Virus record (IMG/VR): IMGVR_UViG_3300009180_000025
Length of the DNA: 61,519 nt
Strand: one strand, 5' to 3'
Origin: an uncultured virus (IMG/VR IMGVR_UViG_3300009180_000025)
Lineage: Duplodnaviria > Heunggongvirae > Uroviricota > Caudoviricetes
Notes under the pieces: generated by a model
What the model was told of the DNA's origin: nothing
The model's database searches: none
What the model saw: the letters and a program-made list of their open reading frames with translations, nothing else
Shown: piece by piece, positions 1 to 8,833 of the stretch
How positions within the stretch are numbered: position 1 is the stretch's first letter
Layout: each line of letters starts with the position of its first letter
Position numbers and translations under genes: made by a program

Positions 1-291
1 ATTTAGTATAGTCTTGATATTGTCATCTAAGTTTTCTGATGGGTTAGAAGGCCAACCAGCATATACGTTAGTATGCCATGGCTTAGTATTATTGCGAGCT
101 TCTTCAAGTCCCGCCATAAAATCATCTATGCCTTTGACTTTACAGAAACTAGCATAACCGTGACTACTACCATCTGATAATAGTGGATTGTCTATTACAT
201 CCGTGCGGTGTTTACTAAACCGTTCTATCATCCAGCTGATAAAACTACCATAAGCCCCCGGTGGATATACTACTATAGTAACCTGATTCAT
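1..291 (-). CDS. Sulfotransferase-like / P-loop-like protein, N-terminal part only (runs off the window edge)
   Basis: Not in the ORF track. The ATG at 289-291 overlaps the TGA of the upstream ORF (ATGA). It reads MNQVTIVVYPPGAYGSFISWMIERF..., a strand-loop-helix start like PAPS-binding sulfotransferase folds, and stays open to position 1. Confidence 0.55.
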   Translation of the reverse strand, partial: MNQVTIVVYPPGAYGSFISWMIERFSKHRTDVIDNPLLSDGSSHGYASFCKVKGIDDFMAGLEEARNNTKPWHTNVYAGWPSNPSENLDDNIKTILN

Positions 292-1040
292 ATTTTTACC
301 ACTAAATTCTTGCCGGTAACATTGTATACTTCATTAAGTAATTCTTTAGTTCTATCTGTTATATAACCCGTGATTTGAAGCATCGGCCTATCCCACCATC
401 CCATATTAGCGGTGCTGTGTGGCATGTCTTTCCATTCCCAAGTAATGCAGTCGCCAGCTTTCCATTGAGTAAAGTTTGCATTACCAATCTGAAAGATCTG
501 CCCAAGTTCCCAGTCAGCTAACATGACTACAAACCTTCGCATAATGTTTGGATTCTTATCGATGTCAATTTCTTTGAAACTGTTTTCGCGCTCGGGTCGA
601 GCTGCAAAGTTATCTATATGTGTATGAAGCATCTGACCTGTAGTCTGATTATGAAACTTAATCATGGGTTCATCAATTCCAAGATACTCAGCAATCTTTT
701 GAAAGATCTCAATATCTTCAGCAGCTGTTCGATGAAATACTTCTTGTTTTGGATCTGCACCAGCTTTGATTAGATCTTTCTCTTCAACGCTCGCAGAATA
801 CAAACCCTCTTCAGCTATCTTTTCATTGAAATTATTTCGACTACTCCAATTGCTTGCTTTTGCTCGAGGCATGCACTTTGAAATAGCGTCAGTGAAGTCG
901 GAATTAAATCTACAGACATACGTATAACTATCGGTGCCTGGAACTGGTGGTTTACTAGGATCAAAATGCCAGCTGCTCTGCTTCTTAGTAAATTCCCAGC
1001 GACTATCGCCCCAATCTTGATATTCTGTCATTTTTTTCAT
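288..1040 (-). CDS. 2OG-Fe(II) dioxygenase-like protein
   Basis: HxD (LHTHIDN) plus a distal His (MPHSTAN) and a downstream R-x-x-L-Q-I-T-G strand, typical of the double-stranded beta-helix fold. Confidence 0.7.
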   Translation of the reverse strand: MKKMTEYQDWGDSRWEFTKKQSSWHFDPSKPPVPGTDSYTYVCRFNSDFTDAISKCMPRAKASNWSSRNNFNEKIAEEGLYSASVEEKDLIKAGADPKQEVFHRTAAEDIEIFQKIAEYLGIDEPMIKFHNQTTGQMLHTHIDNFAARPERENSFKEIDIDKNPNIMRRFVVMLADWELGQIFQIGNANFTQWKAGDCITWEWKDMPHSTANMGWWDRPMLQITGYITDRTKELLNEVYNVTGKNLVVKI

Positions 1041-1102
1041 CCTCTAAAGAAAAATTCCTTACTAATCTATATATATAACTAGTAGGGAAAAAAATATCTT
1101 AA

Positions 1103-1852
1103 ATGGGAATTTTTATTGTGAATCGTAAAATATTTAACTTTGTATTTAAAAATTTAAAAGAGTGCTTTAATCTTCCAAAATACGCGCAAGCTCGTGAAAG
1201 CATTAGTGTGAATACTATGGTACTATCGCTTCCATGGACTCCAAAGAAACTTGAGAAGTTTATAGCTTTATTGAATGATACATTCGATGTTGATATTAAC
1301 ATTGATCTATCAGTTTCTATGCTCGTGGCTGACATTGACACCAAGTATAGTTCTAGATTCTGGGGAGGAATATGGCAGCCAAGGACTGAGGTGTATCAAT
1401 ACACTGGATGGAATATCGTAGATAGAATTAATAATTCGAATCCTAAAGCCGTACTTGACGTTGGTTGTGGTTTTAATCAGTTTAAAGCCAGAATCCAGAA
1501 TCTTATAGGCATCGATGCATTCAATAATTCAGCCGACTTCATGGTTGATATTCTAGACTATAACGTTCCCAATGAATCATACGATTATGTTATTGTTTTT
1601 GGCAGTATTAACTTTGGTGAATTTAGCGATATTAACGACAAGTTCAAGAAAGTTGTAGACTTGACTATGCCGGGTGGTACTATCTATGTTAGAGCTAATC
1701 CTGGAGAAATTCATAAGAATGGTCAGTGGGTTGATATCTATCCATGGGACTTTGAGACTGCGTATAACATAGCAGTTCTTCATAATTGTAAACTAGAGTC
1801 ATTTAAGAAAGATAATGGAAATAGACTTTACTTTGAGTTGATTAAAAAATAA
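1103..1852 (+). CDS. Class I SAM-dependent methyltransferase with an N-terminal extension
   Basis: VLDVGCG motif I, GIDA motif II, YDYVIVFGSINF and MPGGTIYVR. Confidence 0.8.
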   Translation: MGIFIVNRKIFNFVFKNLKECFNLPKYAQARESISVNTMVLSLPWTPKKLEKFIALLNDTFDVDINIDLSVSMLVADIDTKYSSRFWGGIWQPRTEVYQYTGWNIVDRINNSNPKAVLDVGCGFNQFKARIQNLIGIDAFNNSADFMVDILDYNVPNESYDYVIVFGSINFGEFSDINDKFKKVVDLTMPGGTIYVRANPGEIHKNGQWVDIYPWDFETAYNIAVLHNCKLESFKKDNGNRLYFELIKK

Positions 1853-2496
1853 TGAAACTCATAGTATTATTTGGTCCACAAGGATCTGGCAATCATCTAT
1901 TCAGTAAAATCTTTAGTATGCATCCGGAAGTTCACGGGTGGAAAGACGCGCTTAAACCCGATGGATACTTTATCCCTCACTACAAAGAGCCTTTCAACTA
2001 CTATTGGAATAACATCGATAAAATAGATTTGAATATCATGGGCGGAAAGAAATACGCCGTGACGAGTATAAGCAATCCTTATATCGAAAAGTGGCTGCCT
2101 AAAGTTCCACCAATTTTTGAATTTATTGAAAAGTGTGAAAGTCTTGGAATCGATGTTCAACCTGTAGTTATAGGCAGAGACAAGAACATCTTAACTCATC
2201 AACAAACTAGACTTCGAGGTGGACCAACATGGGGAAATATGCCTCAGCTTATTCAATGGATGAAGGTGCCACCATTCTTTGTTAGCCAAGAACTTTTGTA
2301 CTTATACCGACGTCAGTATATCAGATCGCTTGGTCACTGGCTTGACTTTCCGATGGCGTGGGAAGATCCGCAGATTGACGAGATTCTAAAGCAAGACGCG
2401 AATGAAAAATACATTCACGCCGCAGATCCTTGGTGGCTTGACGAACATGTAAAGATCATCCTTACTCCGCCGAATCACCTCACTCCAAGTGCATAA
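1852..2496 (+). CDS. Sulfotransferase-like protein
   Basis: N-terminal IVLFGPQGSGNHLFSKIF resembles the 5'-PSB loop and VVIGRD resembles the 3'-PB motif. Coupled to the upstream gene by a TAATG overlap. Confidence 0.6.
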   Translation: MKLIVLFGPQGSGNHLFSKIFSMHPEVHGWKDALKPDGYFIPHYKEPFNYYWNNIDKIDLNIMGGKKYAVTSISNPYIEKWLPKVPPIFEFIEKCESLGIDVQPVVIGRDKNILTHQQTRLRGGPTWGNMPQLIQWMKVPPFFVSQELLYLYRRQYIRSLGHWLDFPMAWEDPQIDEILKQDANEKYIHAADPWWLDEHVKIILTPPNHLTPSA

Positions 2497-3143
2497 TAAA
2501 CTAATCTATTATCTGTATTTAGTTTAGCATTAGAATCTAATAAATTCTTAAAGTTACATAGTTCAAGAAGGTCTTCAATACACATCACAAAGTGACGACT
2601 ATTGTGATCATTAACGTGTTGGATATGTTGAAGTGCTAAGATTGGTGAGTCTCCAAATTTTACGTGCTTCAACATATCAAGAGGAACTAAATACTCAAAC
2701 TCAGACAATATCACGAGATCATAAGAAGAAAAGTCAACGTCTTCAAAGAATATGGTTTTAATAACCGTATTGGCTTTAAAGAATCTTTGAAAGAAGCCTT
2801 CAGACATCTCAAACGATGGATGATCAGATACCAGAGTTACAGATGATTGATATTCTTTTTTTAAGAAGTGGGTTAGCGCAATAGGATTGCTACTATTGAC
2901 TATTGCAACATTCTTTAAACTTTTGAAGTTTTTCCTTATTACGTCCATAGCAATAAAGTTACGGTTACGCATCTTTTCATCATTGTGCATTGCATAGAGT
3001 CTATAAACGTACTCTAAACCTCTGCTATCAAGGTGCTTAAAGATCTCGCCATGGATCTTGTCTAAGTCTTTAATGTAGTCTTGCTCAGTCGTACCTGGTC
3101 CAAACATCTCTAGCCCATCCATTGGCGTCGTGAAGCTCGACAC
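2475..3143 (-). CDS. Hypothetical protein, possibly a degenerate methyltransferase fold
   Basis: 222-aa ORF in the modification cluster. YDLVILSEFEYL resembles methyltransferase motif IV. The true start may be internal. Confidence 0.4.
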   Translation of the reverse strand: MSSFTTPMDGLEMFGPGTTEQDYIKDLDKIHGEIFKHLDSRGLEYVYRLYAMHNDEKMRNRNFIAMDVIRKNFKSLKNVAIVNSSNPIALTHFLKKEYQSSVTLVSDHPSFEMSEGFFQRFFKANTVIKTIFFEDVDFSSYDLVILSEFEYLVPLDMLKHVKFGDSPILALQHIQHVNDHNSRHFVMCIEDLLELCNFKNLLDSNAKLNTDNRLVYYALGVR

Positions 3144-3795
3144 CTTTCTTATGTGAAGTGTTAAAAATCGATATGTATTGATCTCTTTGCTTATAAGGAT
3201 CTAGATCATTTGGGTATTCAGCCCCAAAACTATAAGCATAAGCAATTCCGCGGGGATGATACTTCATATCTTTGCGACTGCTATAGTAAATGAATTTATC
3301 TAAAGTCTTGAACCTGAAAGCTGTTACTTCCTGATTCTCTATAAAGCGATCTCGCATCCACTTGAGTTGATCTCCGTCCCAAGTCACGAATGAACTGTTA
3401 ACGTAGCAATCTCCAGTATAGTATGATTTATAGATTCTTTGAACTTCAGTCCAATAATTGTATATCATCCTCGGTTCTTTAAAACCATATTCATCGAAAT
3501 ATGGTTTAAGATCTTTAAGAATAAGAAGATCAAGATCAAGAAGACAATACGGACCCTTAAAAGGAAGCTTATTGAATAGATCGAGCTTACATACTGTAAA
3601 TACATTCGATTTAAATAGAGGTAGCATCTCAATCGGATATGTTTTACACTCAACACCACGACTACTATCTGTAAAGCAATAAAACTCGAATTCACCCGAA
3701 TAGGTTGCTTTCAGAGACCTAAATAGTCTATTAACATATTCGGGCCCATATTTGGTACCCCACTTTAAAACTATAAACTTAACGGTTTGATTCAT
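3085..3795 (-). CDS. Glycosyltransferase (GT-A, phage KWGxKY family)
   Basis: LKWGTKYGPEYVNRL, FYCFTD, DxD motif (LLDLDLLI) and NSSFVTW. Confidence 0.8.
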   Translation of the reverse strand: MNQTVKFIVLKWGTKYGPEYVNRLFRSLKATYSGEFEFYCFTDSSRGVECKTYPIEMLPLFKSNVFTVCKLDLFNKLPFKGPYCLLDLDLLILKDLKPYFDEYGFKEPRMIYNYWTEVQRIYKSYYTGDCYVNSSFVTWDGDQLKWMRDRFIENQEVTAFRFKTLDKFIYYSSRKDMKYHPRGIAYAYSFGAEYPNDLDPYKQRDQYISIFNTSHKKGVELHDANGWARDVWTRYD

Positions 3796-4432
3796 GATAA
3801 ATGTTTACTGCGTCTTAGTGAAGCCAAAGTATTCTATAGAGCACGTCGAAAACTTATACGACCAGCTCTGTAAGTATTTAACGTATGAATTTAAGATGCA
3901 CTGTTTTACTGATTATGAATGGAAGACTAATCGTCCAATTGAATTCATCGATGCAACTCCATTTGAACTTGACACTTGGTGGAATAAAGTAGCTTTGTTC
4001 AATAAAGACGTATGCAGTCCTGGAATTAATCTGTATTTTGATCTAGATATATTGATAAAAAAGAACGTAGATTTTTTAGTCGAAACAGTTGAGAAAGAAG
4101 TATTAAAAATAGTAGATACAGTTTGGAAGAATGATGAATGGTGGAGTTCAGTTGAAAAGTTAGACTATAAGAATAAAGAAAAGTTCTTTTGTAATGGAAA
4201 CTCTTCAGTCATGGGGTGGGTTGGAGATTCACACCATTATTTGTATGAGATGCTTATAGAAGATATATTTAAGCACACGCACGAACATTATGGAGATGAT
4301 ACTTTCATTAATAAGTACGGCAATGTTGAGTATTTTCCAAAAAAGATTATGACGACTGCTGCTCGTAAACATGTTCGTTTAGAAGACGAGAGGATTCTGA
4401 TTCACTATCATACGATTCCCATAATTCTTTAG
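3794..4432 (+). CDS. Glycosyltransferase (GT-A, same family)
   Basis: KYSIEHVENL, HCFTD, WWNKVALF, YFDLDILI, NSSVMGW and GDDTFI. Confidence 0.8.
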   Translation: MINVYCVLVKPKYSIEHVENLYDQLCKYLTYEFKMHCFTDYEWKTNRPIEFIDATPFELDTWWNKVALFNKDVCSPGINLYFDLDILIKKNVDFLVETVEKEVLKIVDTVWKNDEWWSSVEKLDYKNKEKFFCNGNSSVMGWVGDSHHYLYEMLIEDIFKHTHEHYGDDTFINKYGNVEYFPKKIMTTAARKHVRLEDERILIHYHTIPIIL

Positions 4433-5114
4433 CCCAAGTAGGACCTTCGTGAAGTTCAACACCTCTTCCGTGTGATGTATTAAACATTACTATAGGAGAA
4501 TCTAAATGGGTCTTTTCGTGATTAAAAGAATAAATCATATTTCTTGGATGAAATTTCATTTCTTTAAGCACAGTATGAAATAGAAATGTGTCTAAGTCTT
4601 TATACTTATAGTCAATGATCTTTTTATTATTCATATAAAAATCAATCATCCACTTGAGTTGATCTCCAGTCCAAGTTACAAATGAACTGTTTACATAACA
4701 TGTTCCAAAATCTCTAAAGATTGGCGCAGCTTTCATATAATCAATGTCAGTATGTGGACGGGCGCATATTGAGAATCTAGGTTCAATGAAATTATATTCG
4801 TCTAAGTAAGAAGTAATGTCTGACTGTATGAGTATATCTATGTCAAGAAGACAATAAGGCCCCTCAAAATCTAGACTATCAAAAAGAAAAAGCTTTTCCA
4901 TCGTAAAGCATGAGTTCTCAACTTTGCGAAGCTCAGCAATATCTCTTATTATTATTTCTGGTTTAAGACCAATAGGATTGTCAGTATAGCAATAAAACTC
5001 GCAGGGATTGCGATACTGTTTACATATTGATTGAAAGAGTCTATTGACGTATTCGGGACCATACTTAGTTCCCCACTTTAAACATATGAACTTAATCGGG
5101 GATTCCGATATCAT
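4347..5114 (-). CDS. Glycosyltransferase (paralog of 3085..3795)
   Basis: CLKWGTKYGPEYVNRL, LLDIDILI, YVNSSFVTWTGDQLKW and FNTSHGRGVELH are shared with 3085..3795. Confidence 0.8.
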   Translation of the reverse strand: MISESPIKFICLKWGTKYGPEYVNRLFQSICKQYRNPCEFYCYTDNPIGLKPEIIIRDIAELRKVENSCFTMEKLFLFDSLDFEGPYCLLDIDILIQSDITSYLDEYNFIEPRFSICARPHTDIDYMKAAPIFRDFGTCYVNSSFVTWTGDQLKWMIDFYMNNKKIIDYKYKDLDTFLFHTVLKEMKFHPRNMIYSFNHEKTHLDSPIVMFNTSHGRGVELHEGPTWAKELWESYDSESESSRLLNEHVYEQQSS

Positions 5115-5766
5115 CTACCATATCTTTCCAGATGTTTTCATCGCCGATAACGTAGCTAAAAGTCAGTCTAGGCGTGTCTGTATAGGCGCAGTGCCAATAC
5201 ATATTCTCGGACTCTTTATCTGAACCAAAATAACCTACTTTACAATTCCATCCGGGTTTGTCGACAAACCTAACAAACTTATCGTTAACATGATCATAGT
5301 GCTCAAAATATCCACTAGCTTCAGGATTAAAAGAAAGCACGATGTTAAATCCAGGCGCGTTACAATTACTGTGCCAGCCGATATATCCACCAGAAGGATA
5401 AAACATTTGTAGAGCGTTATTTCTAGCTCCAAAGAAATTGATTAGTTTTCTATTTGCTTCCGTAGATTTATCTAAAAGCTCTTTATCATCTATGTACTTA
5501 CGATCCATTGATAACTCTAGACCCCAAGAGTGTCTTGGGAATCCGTATCTCATAGGATCTTCTTTAAGGGCTTTTCTTAAATACTCTTCACCAGTCGCTT
5601 CTAAAGCCATAGACTTAACGCTAACGTTTTTCATCTTTTCATTTGAGCCAATTAAAGACTCGAGGTGTGAAAAATCTCGGCTATAGAAGAAGTTACTGAA
5701 TTCAGTTAAAATCTTCAATAAGTCCGGGTTTAGGTTTGATAATGATTGCATTTTCCATCCTGTCAC
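5092..5766 (-). CDS. 2OG-Fe(II) oxygenase / cupin-like protein
   Basis: YPSGGYIGWHSN...WHCAYTDTPRLTFSY metal and 2OG-binding pattern. Confidence 0.7.
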   Translation of the reverse strand: MTGWKMQSLSNLNPDLLKILTEFSNFFYSRDFSHLESLIGSNEKMKNVSVKSMALEATGEEYLRKALKEDPMRYGFPRHSWGLELSMDRKYIDDKELLDKSTEANRKLINFFGARNNALQMFYPSGGYIGWHSNCNAPGFNIVLSFNPEASGYFEHYDHVNDKFVRFVDKPGWNCKVGYFGSDKESENMYWHCAYTDTPRLTFSYVIGDENIWKDMVDDIGIPD

Positions 5767-6445
5767 GTGATATTGTATAATGATATACTATTTGTTCAAC
5801 GTCAGCAAATTCTTTATAGTTCTCAAATAAGTATATGTAGTTAAAAGCGTGCCCGCCATCTGGAAAAAAATTATGCTTTATGTCTTTGTATTTAGTATTT
5901 AAGAGATACCAGAGAGTGAATTGATCCCATGGTTTCATCTTAGGATTATATTCTGCAAATTGACTTTTATTCCACTGGCACGTATCTTGTATCAAATAAG
6001 TATCATACCAATCTTGCATCAATTGAATAGTAATCTTATTTGAATTATATAGAACTACACCACCATGATATTCTAGATTATTTTTAGAGTTAACTAAACG
6101 ATCTTTAGAAACTTTTGCTATTATCTTAGTAAACATTATATCATTGTTTCCAAGATTGTCAAATACTTTTTTAATATTCTCAGATCTAATTTCAGTATCT
6201 GCGTCTATGTAAAAAGTCTTATCATATGGTGTTCTAGCCATCGCATACATTTTAGCGCGCTTATGGATTGGTATACCAGTTTCGATTTTATCGAAAAACT
6301 TACGATCAGACTCCTGAACGAAATCAGCGTGCGTAAAGAGTGTGATATTAGCTTCTGGGTAATAATCACGAAGGGACATGGCAGAATATACAGCAGCTTT
6401 ATAGAAAGCACTGCTCTGCGAAGCTACATACAAAAAACCGTTCAT
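5702..6445 (-). CDS. Glycosyltransferase (GT8-like)
   Basis: NGFLYVA, TPYDKTFYIDADT (DxD), HGGVVLY and WDQFTLW. Confidence 0.75.
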   Translation of the reverse strand: MNGFLYVASQSSAFYKAAVYSAMSLRDYYPEANITLFTHADFVQESDRKFFDKIETGIPIHKRAKMYAMARTPYDKTFYIDADTEIRSENIKKVFDNLGNNDIMFTKIIAKVSKDRLVNSKNNLEYHGGVVLYNSNKITIQLMQDWYDTYLIQDTCQWNKSQFAEYNPKMKPWDQFTLWYLLNTKYKDIKHNFFPDGGHAFNYIYLFENYKEFADVEQIVYHYTISRDRMENAIIIKPKPGLIEDFN

Positions 6446-6447
6446 AG

Positions 6448-6906
6448 TTATGCTGTTGGTTCAACCGGCGTAATAGCAACTGGATTAGCTAATGGATCTT
6501 CAAGCATGTGGAGAAGCGCCGTATAAACAAGAACTTCTGTTGGCGTTGCTGCGCGCCGAATCTTGTTCTTTACATCTCTATTTTTAGAATTCTTAACTAT
6601 TTCCATATCGAAGGCTTCAGCTTTCAGATTGAAAAGAGCTTCTTTTTGTGCTCTTTCTTCGTCGATTTTTTTTCTCTCTGCGCGCTCAGCTTTTCTTTTC
6701 ATATGGTTTTCAAGCGCATCACCTGCGTTTTGATCGAGAAGTTCAACGCCAAACGTATCCATGATCTCTTTCCAATCAGGATTCATCGTATCTGCAACAT
6801 TGCTGATAGAAGCTACCATTTCGCGACCATCGTCGTATTTAAACGTAGCAAGGATCTGCGTTTTGTCTTCGTTTCCCCACCTAGGATTAATGATTTGTCT
6901 TGCCAT
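6448..6906 (-). CDS. Hypothetical protein (late/virion cluster, possible fibre chaperone)
   Basis: 152-aa ORF tightly packed after the YxGx-repeat virion gene, with a coiled-coil middle. Confidence 0.5.
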   Translation of the reverse strand: MARQIINPRWGNEDKTQILATFKYDDGREMVASISNVADTMNPDWKEIMDTFGVELLDQNAGDALENHMKRKAERAERKKIDEERAQKEALFNLKAEAFDMEIVKNSKNRDVKNKIRRAATPTEVLVYTALLHMLEDPLANPVAITPVEPTA

Positions 6907-6907
6907 A

Positions 6908-8008
6908 TTATGCTGTCCTTACCCATAAGTAAACTGTTGATACTGTACTGCTATCATTATTTAACGTATTTCCAGAATAAGTTCCGGAGTAACTACCCGT
7001 ATAACTTCCAGTAAAGTTACTACTATATGATCCAGTATAATTACCACTATAACTTCCAGTGTAAGTACCGGCATAAAATCCCGTATAAGTACCCGAATAT
7101 GCGGTGCCTAAAAATCCAGCAAAGCTAGCTCGATAAGTTCCTGTATAAGCTTTTGACCGTGAACCAGCATAACCACCACTATAACTTCCAGTATAAGTAC
7201 CACTAAAACTTCCGGTATATGATCCGGAATAACTACCACTATATGATCCAGTATAAGGAAGAAGTGAAGCTGTTCTTGTAGTATCAAGGAAAGCTGCGCC
7301 AGATGACGTCCATGTTCCTGGGGTTGGAGCCGATGCTTGAACTTTAAAAGTTCCGATGCCAGTAGTTCCTAACTGATTCTTTACGCGTGTAGCTAGCGAT
7401 TGAATCTCTGCGTCTGACATTTCTTTTAAAGAAATTGGTGACGTAGCAGTATTGAGTTTAACTGGTCTTAATGCTGTTGGCGTAGTCGCGGCCGCAGTTT
7501 TTTTCCAAAGCTGAGTGGTGTTTGTGGTTGTTGAGTCAAGAGTGTTAGTTATTGTACTCGTTGATACCCAAGTCCCGCCGGTTGGAGTAGTCGTCTGTAG
7601 AGCGTAGAAACCAATACCAGTAGATACTAAGTTAGAAAGCGCAGTGGCGATCAAATCGGCGTTAAGATTTGCATCTACTTGTTCTTTGATAGTGGAGCTA
7701 ACAAACTCAACCGGTCGTGTGATAGATTCGGCAGCTACTTGCTGATCTTGATAAAAGTTATACGTGACTGATACTGGTGTCGTGCCGATGGGGTGAGCGC
7801 CAACCGCAGCATTTAAGTAAGTATCTGTGAATGTACCAATAAGTGTTAATCCCGTAGTACTCGCAGGATTTACTGTAATATTGGCGTTTGAAGTTGAACC
7901 AATTAATTGAGTAAGGATCAAATTTACCGCATATTCATAGTCAGTCCCAGAAGCTTGCTTCAGTGATTTTGGACTAGTCGCAGTATTGATCTTAAGTAGA
8001 GCTGCCAT
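6908..8008 (-). CDS. Virion structural protein with a C-terminal (Y/F)xGx tetrapeptide repeat
   Basis: Thr/Ser-rich 366 aa with the internal duplication LKINTATSPKSLK / VKLNTATSPISLK and a YSGSYTGS array. Confidence 0.65.
   Translation of the reverse strand: MAALLKINTATSPKSLKQASGTDYEYAVNLILTQLIGSTSNANITVNPASTTGLTLIGTFTDTYLNAAVGAHPIGTTPVSVTYNFYQDQQVAAESITRPVEFVSSTIKEQVDANLNADLIATALSNLVSTGIGFYALQTTTPTGGTWVSTSTITNTLDSTTTNTTQLWKKTAAATTPTALRPVKLNTATSPISLKEMSDAEIQSLATRVKNQLGTTGIGTFKVQASAPTPGTWTSSGAAFLDTTRTASLLPYTGSYSGSYSGSYTGSFSGTYTGSYSGGYAGSRSKAYTGTYRASFAGFLGTAYSGTYTGFYAGTYTGSYSGNYTGSYSSNFTGSYTGSYSGTYSGNTLNNDSSTVSTVYLWVRTA
6971..7255 (-). repeat. Degenerate 12-bp coding tandem repeat (YxGx)n
   Basis: About 20 copies of (Y/F)-(S/T/A)-G-(S/T/N/G) in two arms around RSKA...GFLGTA. 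Confidence 0.85.
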
Positions 8009-8017
8009 TTTTTATAC

Positions 8018-8632
8018 TTATGCTGGAAATGCTTGAGTGCCATTAGCGTAATAGACTACCAATGAACTAAACGATTGACCGTTCGTATATTGGACGCCCG
8101 CAACAACGATGTTTCCTGAGAAAGTTACAGTGCTTGTATTAGCATTTAGATTGATAACGTTTGAATTGTACCAGTAAGAGTTACCCGAACTATATATTAA
8201 TACTTGCCCGTTTCCAACTGAAGAAGTGTTAACGTCCGATAAATCTGAGGTAGTTAATTTAGTAGCTACTAATGTATTTGAAGCGGCTGAGTTAACTGTC
8301 AGAACCCTGAAAGTGCTATTACCAGAGTTTATTATAACGTTCGCGCCTAAACCTAGATTAGTTCTATAACCATTGAAAGCCACGTTCGCCGCAAAGGAAG
8401 TATTAGTTGAAATCGAAAGAGCTGCGGCTACTGAGTTATTACCGCCCGAGAGAGTATTAGCGTATAAGGCATTAGCTGAGAACGCAGATGATACCGCAGC
8501 GTTTCCAGTTGCAGTGTTTGAGTTGGTAGTGACAACTTTATTTGACAGTGCGTCTGCTAAGACGTTTGTCTTCGTAATCCATTGACCGAATGAATCGGTC
8601 GTTACGTCTATATTTGCGACCGCTATCGTCAT
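8018..8632 (-). CDS. Short fibre / virion structural protein
   Basis: N-terminal DSFGQWITKTN, LSDVN..GQVLIY fibre motif and a C-terminal VYYANGTQAFP shared with other fibres in the window. Confidence 0.65.
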   Translation of the reverse strand: MTIAVANIDVTTDSFGQWITKTNVLADALSNKVVTTNSNTATGNAAVSSAFSANALYANTLSGGNNSVAAALSISTNTSFAANVAFNGYRTNLGLGANVIINSGNSTFRVLTVNSAASNTLVATKLTTSDLSDVNTSSVGNGQVLIYSSGNSYWYNSNVINLNANTSTVTFSGNIVVAGVQYTNGQSFSSLVVYYANGTQAFPA

Positions 8633-8826
8633 TTGTTAAGCTTCTCTAGTATTTGAGCCATCATTGACTTAAGTTCAAAGACGTCATTCTTCATTTGATC
8701 AAAGTCTCTGTCCCGTATTCTAAGTTTTTCCCTAGCCTCACGATAAGCCCTGAGACTATTATTGTCGGTGTTTACAACCGCACCTGGATTAGAACCTAGT
8801 CTCTTTAAGTTTTCGTTGCTATTCAT
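8629..8826 (-). CDS. Small conserved-type protein following the VrlC-like gene
   Basis: GAVVNTD..Y motif with a coiled-coil C-terminus and an ATGA overlap with the next gene. Confidence 0.6.
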   Translation of the reverse strand: MNSNENLKRLGSNPGAVVNTDNNSLRAYREAREKLRIRDRDFDQMKNDVFELKSMMAQILEKLNK

Positions 8827-8833
8827 ATTTATA
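8826..8833 (-). promoter_or_regulatory. T4-type late promoter TATAAATA
   Basis: Exact TATAAATA on the minus strand at a gene junction, upstream of the small fibre and glycosyltransferase genes. Confidence 0.65.

Noticed and set aside
6971..7255. CRISPR-like or non-coding repeat array
   Set aside because: The repeats are degenerate 12-mers that vary at third codon positions inside an ORF, with no unique spacers. The same applies to the 34693-34953 repeats.
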